Source: an uncultured Acidobacteriota bacterium
GTDB taxonomy: Bacteria; Acidobacteriota; UBA6911; RPQK01; JAPXNP01
Direction of reading: 5' to 3'
Length of the DNA: 64,000 nucleotides
Assembly (NCBI GenBank): GCA_963777605.1
Contig: CAVZRV010000010.1
Span: 64,001 to 128,000 of the forward strand
A program made the position numbers and the translations under genes. Numbering within the stretch: position 1 is the first letter of the stretch; each line of letters opens with the position of its first letter. Below the pieces are notes generated by a model. It did not search any database. It was not told where the DNA came from and saw only the letters and a program-made list of their open reading frames with translations. Positions 29,947 to 39,384 of this stretch are shown here, piece after piece.

Positions 29947-30486
29947 TTAATCCGAAGCGGCCTCTCCCGCCGGCTCGGGCTCATGTGCCGGCTGCAGCAT
30001 GGACTGGTAATCACCGCTTGAAAGCACCGGGAGATCAGCAACAAAGGCGACGATCTCCCAGAGTTCGGCATCGTCGTGAGTCTTGCCGAACGACGGCATT
30101 CCGGTCATCTTGATTCCATTCTTGGCGACCCAGAATATCTCTGCAGGGCTCATCTTGCGTGCCGACTCGATGAGGTTCGGGGGTTGCGGGTAAAGGCCCT
30201 TTCCAATTGCGGAGGCCTCCCTACCCGGTCCACCGTGGCAGGTTTCACACATTTCGTGATATTCTTGCGCGCCTTCCCGGATCATAGCCTTGTCACTCAA
30301 AGCAGGTACTTTCACCTGCGCCGAGTGGGCCTCGACGGAGTGGTCCATCGTCCCATCGAGAACCCATTTCACGACACCCCAGTGCGGAACCGTGGCCGCC
30401 ACGTCATACCCGCCAAAAAAGAGATAGAGGCCTGTTCCCAGTCCAATCACGCCCACCGTCAACAAAGTCAAAATAATGGTCTTCAT
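29947..30486 (-). CDS. membrane-anchored monoheme cytochrome c
   Basis: N-terminal TM, CETCH, GLYPQPPNL, NGIKMTGMPSF. Confidence 0.9.
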   Translation of the reverse strand: MKTIILTLLTVGVIGLGTGLYLFFGGYDVAATVPHWGVVKWVLDGTMDHSVEAHSAQVKVPALSDKAMIREGAQEYHEMCETCHGGPGREASAIGKGLYPQPPNLIESARKMSPAEIFWVAKNGIKMTGMPSFGKTHDDAELWEIVAFVADLPVLSSGDYQSMLQPAHEPEPAGEAASD

Positions 30487-30851
30487 TGCGCCCTTCCTTG
30501 TCTCCTGCCTGAGCTATGCGGTGAGGCCTGGGATTGCGCCCTCATGGGACAGTTCCGCATGTTGTCGCCACCCTTCTTCTGACGCTTACTCCTTGATTCC
30601 AGTTGCTATGGTTAATGTACGTCTGCCAGGAGTTGACTGCAAGATCCCTTCCACTTTCCTGGAATCGCGACGAAGAATCCCGTCACTCCCGTAGCTACCG
30701 TTGTTTGACGAAACCTCTAGAGGCACTCAATATCAGTGCCAAAGTATTCACGCTGCGGTCTGGGGCACAAATCTGTCTCAGTCTGACGTGAGATTTCGGC
30801 ACGATTGGTCGCACCCGACGTGGCAGGGACAAGTTCGGAGAGCTGCCCGAC

Positions 30852-32846
30852 TTAGGGTTCGGGACGTAGCAGTCCCCCGGTCCTGGAGAGCGACAGCAGG
30901 CAGAAACAGGTTCCGCTGTAGGTGATCAGGTGGAGATTCTCGGTATTCAGGGATGAAGTCCACCAACGTCCGCTGGCCCGTTGATTCTTCTCAATCCACT
31001 GCCTTGCCCGTTGGATCCTCTCGTCTTCGACAGGAATTCCGGACTCAACAAGCGCTATGACCGCGAGACCGGTCATGTGGCCGTCACTCGCGGGCAAGTA
31101 GAAGTCCGGCTCCGAGACGAGCCGGTCCCTTCTGCTCCCGTCGCCCCAGCCATCAGCGGTGCCAAATTCCCGGAGCGACCACCCCCCGTCGGAGTGCTGC
31201 CGGTCAAAGATCATTCGGGATATCTCTCGTCGCGCTCCAGCCTCCAGAACACCGCCCAGTAGCGAATCGGCCCAGAGCAGCCAGACACGATCATAATCGA
31301 GAGTTCGGGGAACCGTTCGAAGGAACCCGATTAAACGATTGACTCCTTCTTTTCGAGCATCCGACCCTCCATCGAGTCCCGACGCCGAGGCCAACCCGGC
31401 CGCCATTGCTGCAACCGACGCCAACTGAACCCGGCTCGACTGCAACGGAGGCCAGCACCGGGGAAGTGACCATCCTCCATCCGCGTCCTGGAGTCGAAAC
31501 ATCAAATCGTTGGCCCGCACAGTTTCAGGAGAGCAGCCGTTTCCCACAAATCGGTCCCACGCGGAGAGGCCCGCGGCAAGGTAGATCACCTGGGCCGAAC
31601 GATGGCCCGACTTCAGTGCGACTTCCAGGCGGCGGCTCTCCAGTTCCTCCAGTGACGCTACCGCCAGGTCACGGCGCGACTGCGTCGGCGGTCCCAGGCT
31701 CGTCAGCATAGGACGAACCAGGAAATACACTCCGGAGGTGTGACATCCAACGCACCGGTACTGTTGATCCCAGGCGTCGAAGCCGGCCTCGAGGTAGTCA
31801 GCCGCGGCCTTCAAGTCAAACTGGTTCAGTCGTCGCTCGAAGCGGTAAGCTCCTGGAATCTTGATTCCGTTGCTCTCAAACTGGAAAGGACTCGCCGGCC
31901 CGTAGGCAAGCCTGTTTTCGGCCTCGCCAGCCGCCTGGCTGCTCTCGAAGCCGCTCCCAGATTCCGACCGGCCCAGGTAAAGGAGCACACCGAGGCCGAC
32001 AGCTTCGACAAGGAGTAAAGCGCCGACCTTCCTCCGTCGAGACCATGGGCGGCAGAGATCTCGTTGAATCACGAGGAAAGCCCCGGTGACGCCCAGCAAC
32101 AGCAGGATCGCCGCACCCAGGTTGATCGCCTCATGTTCGAGGGGCGAATCGACAATATCGATGAAGCCATCAAGGAGATGCGCAGACAGTACTCTTCCAT
32201 CAACTCCGATGAGGCTGTTTCCGTCCTTCACGACATCGTCCGGTACAAAGATGATCCCAACGCGTCCACTATTGCCTGGAGCGACCGGAAAGCTGATCAC
32301 GGCAACCAGCAGCCGCTCATTTGGGGATGTCCTGAACAGCAAGGGGCTGCCCACGGCCTGGAGCTCGAGCCGGGAGGTTGCCGGGTTGACCGACTCGGTG
32401 ATGGAGACAACTTGCGAGTCGCCCTGGGCAAAGAGCAGTTCCCGGTCCCTGCCCAGGACCCTTGAATTGATAATCCGTACCCGCTCCCCATTGAAGGCAT
32501 CCGCGGAGTGACTCGGGAGGGCCACAGGAGTCTCGCTGAGCCCCACGACCGGACCGGAAAAGTCGGAAATTCGAACAAAAGGATGACGGTACAGGACCCC
32601 TTCGCGACCCCGGTAGCTCAGGGTCATATTCAGCACGGACCAAGCCATGGGTTCGGGGCCCCGGTAGGTCAGAAAGAGTCCAACCTGGACGCACTGTCTT
32701 TCGGAGCCTTCGCGGACCTGAAGTTCCTCGGTCTCGAAGAGCAGACTTTCACTACTAGCGTAAGCGGGGACAAGGATCCAAAAGAAAGGCAGAATCAGCC
32801 CAGCCACCACTCGCTGACAGCCATCACTCGGCATTCCAACCGGCAT
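30852..32846 (-). CDS. squalene-hopene cyclase-like (prenyltransferase beta-repeat) protein with an N-terminal exported domain and two TM helices
   Basis: QW-type repeats QDADGGW, QHSDGGW, QRASGRW; CVGCH; SDGHMTG. Confidence 0.7.
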   Translation of the reverse strand: MPVGMPSDGCQRVVAGLILPFFWILVPAYASSESLLFETEELQVREGSERQCVQVGLFLTYRGPEPMAWSVLNMTLSYRGREGVLYRHPFVRISDFSGPVVGLSETPVALPSHSADAFNGERVRIINSRVLGRDRELLFAQGDSQVVSITESVNPATSRLELQAVGSPLLFRTSPNERLLVAVISFPVAPGNSGRVGIIFVPDDVVKDGNSLIGVDGRVLSAHLLDGFIDIVDSPLEHEAINLGAAILLLLGVTGAFLVIQRDLCRPWSRRRKVGALLLVEAVGLGVLLYLGRSESGSGFESSQAAGEAENRLAYGPASPFQFESNGIKIPGAYRFERRLNQFDLKAAADYLEAGFDAWDQQYRCVGCHTSGVYFLVRPMLTSLGPPTQSRRDLAVASLEELESRRLEVALKSGHRSAQVIYLAAGLSAWDRFVGNGCSPETVRANDLMFRLQDADGGWSLPRCWPPLQSSRVQLASVAAMAAGLASASGLDGGSDARKEGVNRLIGFLRTVPRTLDYDRVWLLWADSLLGGVLEAGARREISRMIFDRQHSDGGWSLREFGTADGWGDGSRRDRLVSEPDFYLPASDGHMTGLAVIALVESGIPVEDERIQRARQWIEKNQRASGRWWTSSLNTENLHLITYSGTCFCLLSLSRTGGLLRPEP

Positions 32847-32856
32847 TTCCAGGCCC

Positions 32857-33051
32857 TCAGGCCACTTTCCGAATCAGGCGGGCCGGCGTCGTGACAATGG
32901 CCCAGACCAGATCGAGCACGGCGCTGACCGTGATCCCGACGATACGAAACGGAAGCAGAATCAACCAGACCAGCGGATACAGGATCAGCGCCAGGATTGC
33001 CAATGGCCAGGACAGGATGAATAAAATGCACCAGAGTAAGAACTTAACCAT
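32857..33051 (-). CDS. small membrane protein
   Basis: 64 aa hydrophobic ORF (WPLAILALILYPLVWLILLPFR) after a GGAGG RBS. Confidence 0.8.
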   Translation of the reverse strand: MVKFLLWCILFILSWPLAILALILYPLVWLILLPFRIVGITVSAVLDLVWAIVTTPARLIRKVA

Positions 33052-33121
33052 TCCGCAACCTCCATTCGCAGTAATGACTACGGAGGCTGGGCATCAAATG
33101 TTCATCCTGCCCAGGCCCGAC

Positions 33122-33925
33122 TCACTTTTTCTGCCAGATGACCGGGATAATCGCTGCGCCATCCAATACCTGGAAGGTGAAACTCTCCGTCAGGTAGAGC
33201 TCCACTTTCTCAGTCGTGTGCGAGTGGTAGCCAACAGCAAAGTCCTGTCCCAGGGTCAGCTTCATGTCTCCGCCACGCAGTGAGATCAGGAAGGATTCCT
33301 CCACGAACGGGTTCAGAATCAGAGAACTGGCCAACAGTCGCTCCAGTTGCGTCCTCAGCGGATAGCACTGGTCGTGCTCCGATATCGCCTGCCAGAGCTT
33401 CGAGCCGGCGAGAAGAACATAAGGCCCCTCGACGGCGGAGTGGGTGAACTCTGTCAGTCCCCGGGCCACCGTTTCGAGCAAGTTACCGGGTTCACCGGAA
33501 AACTTCAGAGCCTTGTGGCCGGCACTTTCCTTCAGGCCCTTGATTCCCCCTGGAGAGAAACCCTTGTAGATGGCCGATTCCTCGAACATTGCGATCTTTC
33601 GAGCCGCCTCTTCCAGCGGACCCAAATCGACCGCGCCGGCTCCTCGGGAAGCGTTGTCCAGTTCCCAACAGTCGAGACTGAACATGATCCGGGATTCGAT
33701 TAGCGGGAGGACCGCTCGAATCCCGTACCCAACCTCTCCTGCCTCCTGCCGGGTCTTCTCGAGCCTGCCCAAATTCACGGCCGAGTGCTCCCATCCCTTG
33801 GGGCCTTCGATATCGACAACGCGGCGCGCTGAGAGGCAAGCTTGCAAGGTCCGCTTTGCGGTCGTTTCAATCTGATCCCAAGCCTCGTCGGCAATCGGGG
33901 CAAGTCCTCTTCGTAGTAGATCCAT
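33122..33925 (-). CDS. family 1 encapsulin nanocompartment shell protein (Linocin M18)
   Basis: MDLLRRGLAPIADEAWDQIE, ARRVVDIEGPKGW, LGQDFAVGY, LYLTESFTF. Confidence 0.95.
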   Translation of the reverse strand: MDLLRRGLAPIADEAWDQIETTAKRTLQACLSARRVVDIEGPKGWEHSAVNLGRLEKTRQEAGEVGYGIRAVLPLIESRIMFSLDCWELDNASRGAGAVDLGPLEEAARKIAMFEESAIYKGFSPGGIKGLKESAGHKALKFSGEPGNLLETVARGLTEFTHSAVEGPYVLLAGSKLWQAISEHDQCYPLRTQLERLLASSLILNPFVEESFLISLRGGDMKLTLGQDFAVGYHSHTTEKVELYLTESFTFQVLDGAAIIPVIWQKK

Positions 33926-33961
33926 GCTCAACTCCTTTTCGTGATCGGGTCTCCCCGGATG

Positions 33962-34315
33962 TCAACTGCGACCGGTCCCTCGAAGACTTCCAATTGCCAG
34001 GTCGCCACGAGTTCCCTCTCCTTCTGATTCCTTCTCGAGCATCGTGATGTCGCCTTCGCTGAAAAGATAGGTTCTCAGTTTCTCGTCCCAGCCCGGCATA
34101 TTCCGCCTCAACCATTCGAGCGTCATGCAGGCATGTTCCATCTCCTCATCCCGGTTATGGGCAAGGATTGCCTTCAATTCCGCGTTCTCCGAAACGGCGA
34201 TTCGCTGCTGGTACCAGTCGACCGCGTCAATTTCCTCGATCAGGCTCCTCAGGGCCCTGACAAAATTGCGATTCTCTTCGCTCATTTGATCTACGGGCTC
34301 GTGGTAGTCGCTCAT
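33962..34315 (-). CDS. encapsulated ferritin-like protein (EncFtn) with C-terminal cargo-loading peptide
   Basis: SLIEEIDAVDWYQQR, HNRDEEMEHA, LEWLRR, C-terminal DLAIGSLRG; ATG at 34315 after GGAGG. Confidence 0.95.
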   Translation of the reverse strand: MSDYHEPVDQMSEENRNFVRALRSLIEEIDAVDWYQQRIAVSENAELKAILAHNRDEEMEHACMTLEWLRRNMPGWDEKLRTYLFSEGDITMLEKESEGEGTRGDLAIGSLRGTGRS

Positions 34316-34416
34316 CACTTCCTCCAAATCGGCAACGCCCTCCCAGCACCAGATCGCTTCGGTCCAGATCTCGAGCGGGCCGTCCAAACTGTTTTTCTAC
34401 AGACACTTATTGTTAG

Positions 34417-34445
34417 ATTGTATGTGGGCACACGGTAAGCTTCAA
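34417..34445 (-). promoter_or_regulatory. sigma70-type promoter for the ferritin-encapsulin operon
   Basis: TTGAAG-N17-TACAAT on the minus strand. Confidence 0.6.
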
Positions 34446-34480
34446 GGCAACGCGAGCGACATCCGGCTCGAATCCCGCGA

Positions 34481-35875
34481 CTACTTTTCTTTCTCCACAC
34501 CGTGTCTCTCAAGGATCCGGTAAATCGTCCGGCGGTCAATTCCCAGGACCTCGGCAGCGCGCGTGACGTTGCCATCCTGCGATGCCAGAACCCTCTGCAC
34601 GTATTCCAGTTCCTTTTCAGCAAGGCTCTTGTAGATAATCGGTCCGGACGGTTCCTTTCCTGCAACGCTCTCGGATGATCCATTCCGAATCTCGTCCGGG
34701 AAATCGTCCGGCGTCAGGACTCCGCTGCGGTTGAGCGCGATGGCACGCTCAACCGCGTTCTCCAACTCCCGCACGTTGCCCGGCCAGGAGTAAGAGGCGA
34801 GCAACCGGTAGACCGCATCTGCGACCGCGATTGACTTGGCTGCGACCGCGGCAAAGTGCCGCACGAAGTGGTCCAGGAGCAAAGGCAGGTCCCCGCGACG
34901 TTCCCTCAAGGGAGGCAGTTCGATAGTCACGACCTTGAGGCGATAGAAAAGATCTTCCCGAAACGCCTTTTCTTCCACGAGGTCCGGCAATGGCCGGTTG
35001 GTCGCCGAAACGATCCTCACGTCAACCGGGACTGTTTCGGTTGCTCCGACCGGCAGAACCTCCCGCTCCTCCAGCACGCGAAGAAGCTTCATCTGAAGAG
35101 CCGCACTCGTGTCCCCGATTTCGTCCAGAAAACAGGTGCCTCGATTAGCAGCCTCGAAGACGCCTTTTTTCGGCGCCGATGCCCCTGTGAAGGCACCTTT
35201 GACGTACCCGAAGAGCTCGCTTTCCAGCAAGCTCTCCGCGAGGGCCCCGCAGTTTACCGCCCGAAAGGCTCCGCTTCGCTTGCTCAAGTGATGGACCATG
35301 CGCGCGACCAGTTCTTTTCCTGTGCCGCTTTCGCCCTGGATCAGTACCGTAGTCGGCAAAGGGGCCACCCGGGCGATCATTTTGTAGACCTCGACCATCT
35401 CGGGACTTCTCCCAACGATTCCCGACTGGGCCTCCTGGGTCTCGAGTTCCGACTTCAGCTTCACGTTCTCACGGTGAACAAAACTCTGCTCAAGAGCGCG
35501 TCGGACCACGAGGCGGAGGTGGTCCAGTTTGAACGGCTTGCTCAGGTAGTCGAACGCTCCCTGATTGATCGCCTCGACCGCGCTTTCCATGTCGGCGAAG
35601 GCCGTCAAGATGATGACCGGGACACCCGGCATTTGGGCGCGGACCTTGTGGAGTACTTCCAACCCACTGGCCTCCTTCATCCGAAGGTCGGTCATAACCA
35701 GGTCGAATCCCTGGCCTCCTTCCTGAATCAGGAAGAGTGCCTCGCGGCTGCTCGTCGTAGGCTGAACCTCGTACTCTTCCCGGCGCAGGACATCGGAAAG
35801 CGATTCGAGAGCAGAACGGTCATCATCGATCACGAGGATCTTTGCGTCAGTCACATCCTTCATTGTCAAACTCAC
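34481..35875 (-). CDS. sigma54-dependent response regulator (NtrC/ZraR-like)
   Basis: Receiver domain, GESGTGKE, ESELFGYVKGAFTGA, WPGNVRELEN, Fis HTH. Confidence 0.95.
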   Translation of the reverse strand: MSLTMKDVTDAKILVIDDDRSALESLSDVLRREEYEVQPTTSSREALFLIQEGGQGFDLVMTDLRMKEASGLEVLHKVRAQMPGVPVIILTAFADMESAVEAINQGAFDYLSKPFKLDHLRLVVRRALEQSFVHRENVKLKSELETQEAQSGIVGRSPEMVEVYKMIARVAPLPTTVLIQGESGTGKELVARMVHHLSKRSGAFRAVNCGALAESLLESELFGYVKGAFTGASAPKKGVFEAANRGTCFLDEIGDTSAALQMKLLRVLEEREVLPVGATETVPVDVRIVSATNRPLPDLVEEKAFREDLFYRLKVVTIELPPLRERRGDLPLLLDHFVRHFAAVAAKSIAVADAVYRLLASYSWPGNVRELENAVERAIALNRSGVLTPDDFPDEIRNGSSESVAGKEPSGPIIYKSLAEKELEYVQRVLASQDGNVTRAAEVLGIDRRTIYRILERHGVEKEK

Positions 35876-37446
35876 CCAATCCCATTACCGTGGTTTGTGC
35901 CGGAAATCAAGGGCAGCAGAACCGTAAACCGTGTTCCTTCGCCCACTTTGCTCTCAACCGATATCCTTCCACCATGCCGGCGGACGATTTCCTGGCTCAC
36001 TGCCAGCCCCAGTCCGGTGCCCTCGACCTCTTGCTTACTCGTGAAGAAGGGTTCGAAAATCGACTCCAGGTTCTCCTGAGGGATGCCGACACCGTCATCC
36101 TGAACCTCAACCCGCAGCTTGGCGGCTTCACCGGGCAGCTCAGGCTTGGGAGTGTCCACAAGGACCTTGATGTGTCCGCCCGGCTTGACCGCGTCGAGGG
36201 CGTTGTTCAAGAGGTTCAAAAAGACTTGCTGGAGCTGGTTCGGGTCCCCTCGAACCAGGACGTCCCCGTTTTCGGACTCCATGTCCACCCCGCAGGAAAT
36301 ATGGCGCTGGGCAAGAGACGGGGCCAGCAACTGCACAACCTTGTCGATCGATGTCCGGATGTCGATCTGCTCTTTCTTGGACCTTGCCCGGGTCGTCGAG
36401 AGGAGACTTTCCACGATCCCGCAGACGCGGTCGATCTGGTCGGTCGCTAGCTTGAGACGTTTCCTCGCGTCCTCACTCAAATCGTCGTCCTCGAGGATCA
36501 ACTGGAGATGGGTGGAGACAGCCCCCAGCGGAGACCCGATATCGTGCGCGAACGAGGCCGTCAACTGGCCGACGAGAGCCAACCGCTCCGCCTGGAGCCG
36601 GCGCTTCTGTGCTTCGAGTAGTTCGAGGTTGATCAACTCCAGTTGCTGATTCCGGGTTTCAAGCTCTGCGGTCGCGGCATCGATCTGTTCCTGCATGTGC
36701 CGGTTCAGCCGTTCGATCTCTCCCAGCATTTCATTCAGCCGGGACGCCAGGGCGCTGAACTCGGCGGGGTAGTTCTCGACCGCCCTCGCATCCGACTGCC
36801 CTTTCGCGAAGTGTTCCATGACGCCGGTCAACTCGTCCACGTTTCGGGTGACGCTGGTCTGGAAGAGCCAGGCGATACCCCCGACCAGGAGAACGATGGT
36901 GATTGCCATCAGGAACAGTCCAATCCTGGAATGGGTAGCCAGGAGCGAATCCACCAGGTCGAGGGAATTCATGATCGTCATGAAGCCCGGGCGCCCATCC
37001 GCGAAATGAAAGGGGTGGACGTTGAAGAGGAGGCGGGCGTCTCCCTGTTCTACTACAAAGGAACGGATCCGCATCTCGGTCAGGGCCTGCCGCTCCCCGG
37101 CGATTGGCTCGCGGATGCTCCGCGCGGAACTGGTGGCGATCAGTTCGAGCCCATCTTCGTTGGCTGCAAAGATATCGATCCGCTCGATGCTCGGCTCGAG
37201 TTCAAGCATCTCCCGGACCTGGAGGATGATGTCAAACGGTATGGCCGCTTCGGGTACCTGCTGAAGTTGGCTCGTGAAGCGCTGCAGCGCCTGGAGGCTC
37301 CGGTCGGACATCACCCGCTCAACCTCGATAGCTGAACGGTCAGCCGTAAGCCAGGCCATGAGTACCAGGACCGAGGTTGTGATGAACCCGGTCAGAACGA
37401 CAATTCGAGCTTGCAGCGACCACCGCCGTACCCTTGATGGTTTCAT
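35872..37446 (-). CDS. membrane sensor histidine kinase with HAMP domain
   Basis: Two TMs, HAMP, FAHDIGSPL, NLLNNALDA, DDGVGI, GTGLGL. Confidence 0.93.
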   Translation of the reverse strand: MKPSRVRRWSLQARIVVLTGFITTSVLVLMAWLTADRSAIEVERVMSDRSLQALQRFTSQLQQVPEAAIPFDIILQVREMLELEPSIERIDIFAANEDGLELIATSSARSIREPIAGERQALTEMRIRSFVVEQGDARLLFNVHPFHFADGRPGFMTIMNSLDLVDSLLATHSRIGLFLMAITIVLLVGGIAWLFQTSVTRNVDELTGVMEHFAKGQSDARAVENYPAEFSALASRLNEMLGEIERLNRHMQEQIDAATAELETRNQQLELINLELLEAQKRRLQAERLALVGQLTASFAHDIGSPLGAVSTHLQLILEDDDLSEDARKRLKLATDQIDRVCGIVESLLSTTRARSKKEQIDIRTSIDKVVQLLAPSLAQRHISCGVDMESENGDVLVRGDPNQLQQVFLNLLNNALDAVKPGGHIKVLVDTPKPELPGEAAKLRVEVQDDGVGIPQENLESIFEPFFTSKQEVEGTGLGLAVSQEIVRRHGGRISVESKVGEGTRFTVLLPLISGTNHGNGIG

Positions 37447-37644
37447 TGGAAGTACTCATTCTGACAGAGGGTTCAAAAAAGGTACAAGTCGGGGCAAGTC
37501 CCTACGGCTCCACCGAGATCCGGAATTACCAATGAGGCAGAAATGTCATCCCGAACAAAGCTGCCACGTGATCGCTCCCTCAATAAAGCCTCTCGAGAAC
37601 TCGCAGCCCTTATATTCTCAACACTTCCACGCACAGTGAATTTG

Positions 37645-37660
37645 TGGCACAGGGCTTGCT
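37645..37660 (+). promoter_or_regulatory. sigma54 promoter of degP
   Basis: TGGCACAGGGCTTGCT, near-perfect match to TGGCAC-N5-TTGCW, 60 nt upstream of the ATG. Confidence 0.85.
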
Positions 37661-37720
37661 TAAGGATCTAGTGTCTGGAAATGAAATCCGGGCCTACAAA
37701 CCAATGAGGAGCACATTGCT

Positions 37721-39208
37721 ATGAAATACGGAAAGAAAGCAGGAGCGATCACTTCGATCCTGTCGATACTTACTTTGGGAATCCTGGTCGGGTTCCTGGT
37801 TGCGTCAAAGACTGACTCGGTACCGCCGCTTCAGACGTTGCCGGCTTTTGCCGCAACTACGCCCGCAGCAGACAACACCCTTACTACAAATGACAGTGCG
37901 ACTGCACTGGAGGCTCAGTTCTCAACTGCCGTCAAGCATGCCATGCCGGCGGTGGTCAGCGTTCTGTCCTCCAAGACCGTGAAGGTTGAGAGCAACATCC
38001 CCAACGACCCATTCCTCCGGAGATTTTTCGGCCAGATGATGCCGCAGAATGAGCCTCCTGAGAAAGAGCGGGGACTTGGCTCGGGTGTTGTCCTTTCTCC
38101 TGACGGCTATATCGTCACCAATAATCACGTGGTCGATGGAGCCGACCATGTTGAGGTGCGTCTTTCCGACAAGACCAGTTACAAGGCCAAGGTGGTTGGA
38201 GCCGACGGTGCTACTGACCTGGCTTTGCTTAAGATAGATGCGGAAGATCTGCCCTACCTCAATGTTGCCAAGGGAGGGAACCTGGACGTCGGGGACATTG
38301 TCTTCGCGATCGGGAACCCGTTCGGAGTGGGCCAGACCGTGACGATGGGCATCGTCAGTGCGACCGGCCGTGGAAACCTGGGCATTGAGGATTACGAGGA
38401 CTTCATCCAGACGGATGCCGCGATCAATCCCGGTAATTCCGGAGGAGCCCTGATCAACACCCAGGGGCAGCTCGTCGGAATCAACACGGCGATTATCGGC
38501 CGCAGCGGCGGCAACAACGGCATTGGTTTCGCGATTCCTGTCCAGATGGCGGAGAAAATAATCACGCAGCTACGCCATAACGGAACGGTAACGCGTGGTT
38601 ACATCGGTGCCTACATTCAGGACGTGAGCCCTGAGATCGCCTCAGCGTTCAACGCCAACGGGACCAACGGTGCTCTGGTTTCTGATGTCTCGGCCGACGG
38701 TCCGGGTGCCAAGGCCGGACTCAAGAGAGGTGACATCATCACCGCAGTTGATGGGACGCCGATTCCGGATGGTCGCCGGTTGCGGCTGCTGGTTGCAGGA
38801 ACCGCTCCTGGAACGACGGTGAAGATGACCGTCATGAGAAACGGCAGTGAACTGCAGGTTCCGGTCACCTTGGGCAAGCTGCCCGGGAGCCAGGAAGAAC
38901 AGGCCAACACGCCGGGTGCGGAGAATGATTCTCTGCGCGGACTGAACGTCCAGCCTCTCACTCCTGACATCCGCGACCAGCTCGGCCTGGAAGCCGGAAC
39001 GACCGGTGTGGTGATCTCGGGTGTGGACGGTGGACCAGCCGCGGATGCGGGCCTCCAGCGAGGCGACGTTATCCAGGAAGTCAACCGCGAACGGGTTGGG
39101 ACACCCGCCGAACTGCGGTCGGCATTCCAGCAGGCAACCGGCAAGTCGGCCCTGCTCCTGGTTAACCGTGGTGGAAAGACCTTCTTCGCGGTACTTCCCG
39201 CGGAGTAG
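37721..39208 (+). CDS. degP: DegP/DegQ (HtrA) serine protease with two PDZ domains
   Basis: GLGSGV, TNNHVV, DLALLK, QTDAAINPGNSGG, two PDZ domains. Confidence 0.95.
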   Translation: MKYGKKAGAITSILSILTLGILVGFLVASKTDSVPPLQTLPAFAATTPAADNTLTTNDSATALEAQFSTAVKHAMPAVVSVLSSKTVKVESNIPNDPFLRRFFGQMMPQNEPPEKERGLGSGVVLSPDGYIVTNNHVVDGADHVEVRLSDKTSYKAKVVGADGATDLALLKIDAEDLPYLNVAKGGNLDVGDIVFAIGNPFGVGQTVTMGIVSATGRGNLGIEDYEDFIQTDAAINPGNSGGALINTQGQLVGINTAIIGRSGGNNGIGFAIPVQMAEKIITQLRHNGTVTRGYIGAYIQDVSPEIASAFNANGTNGALVSDVSADGPGAKAGLKRGDIITAVDGTPIPDGRRLRLLVAGTAPGTTVKMTVMRNGSELQVPVTLGKLPGSQEEQANTPGAENDSLRGLNVQPLTPDIRDQLGLEAGTTGVVISGVDGGPAADAGLQRGDVIQEVNRERVGTPAELRSAFQQATGKSALLLVNRGGKTFFAVLPAE

Positions 39209-39240
39209 TACGTGCCCGGACTCCGTCCCGGCACGCCACA

Positions 39241-39304
39241 AAACCGCATGAGCCCCCTACCGGGGCGGGCGACGAACGCCGCCCGCCCCGGTTGCATGCG
39301 GTTT
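39241..39304. terminator. strong GC-rich hairpin after degP
   Basis: Outer AAACCGCATG/CATGCGGTTT and inner ACCGGGGCGGGCG/CGCCCGCCCCGGT stems; no long U-tract. Confidence 0.55.
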
Positions 39305-39384
39305 CGGGCAATCGCCTGGTGAAGGGGTTGACGGCCGGACATCCGTCGCTGCTCACCAGCGTCGAAGGAAAGGAGCATCTGCAG

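Noticed and set aside
30852-32846. True squalene-hopene cyclase (shc)
   Set aside because: Only one barrel domain and no DxDD catalytic motif
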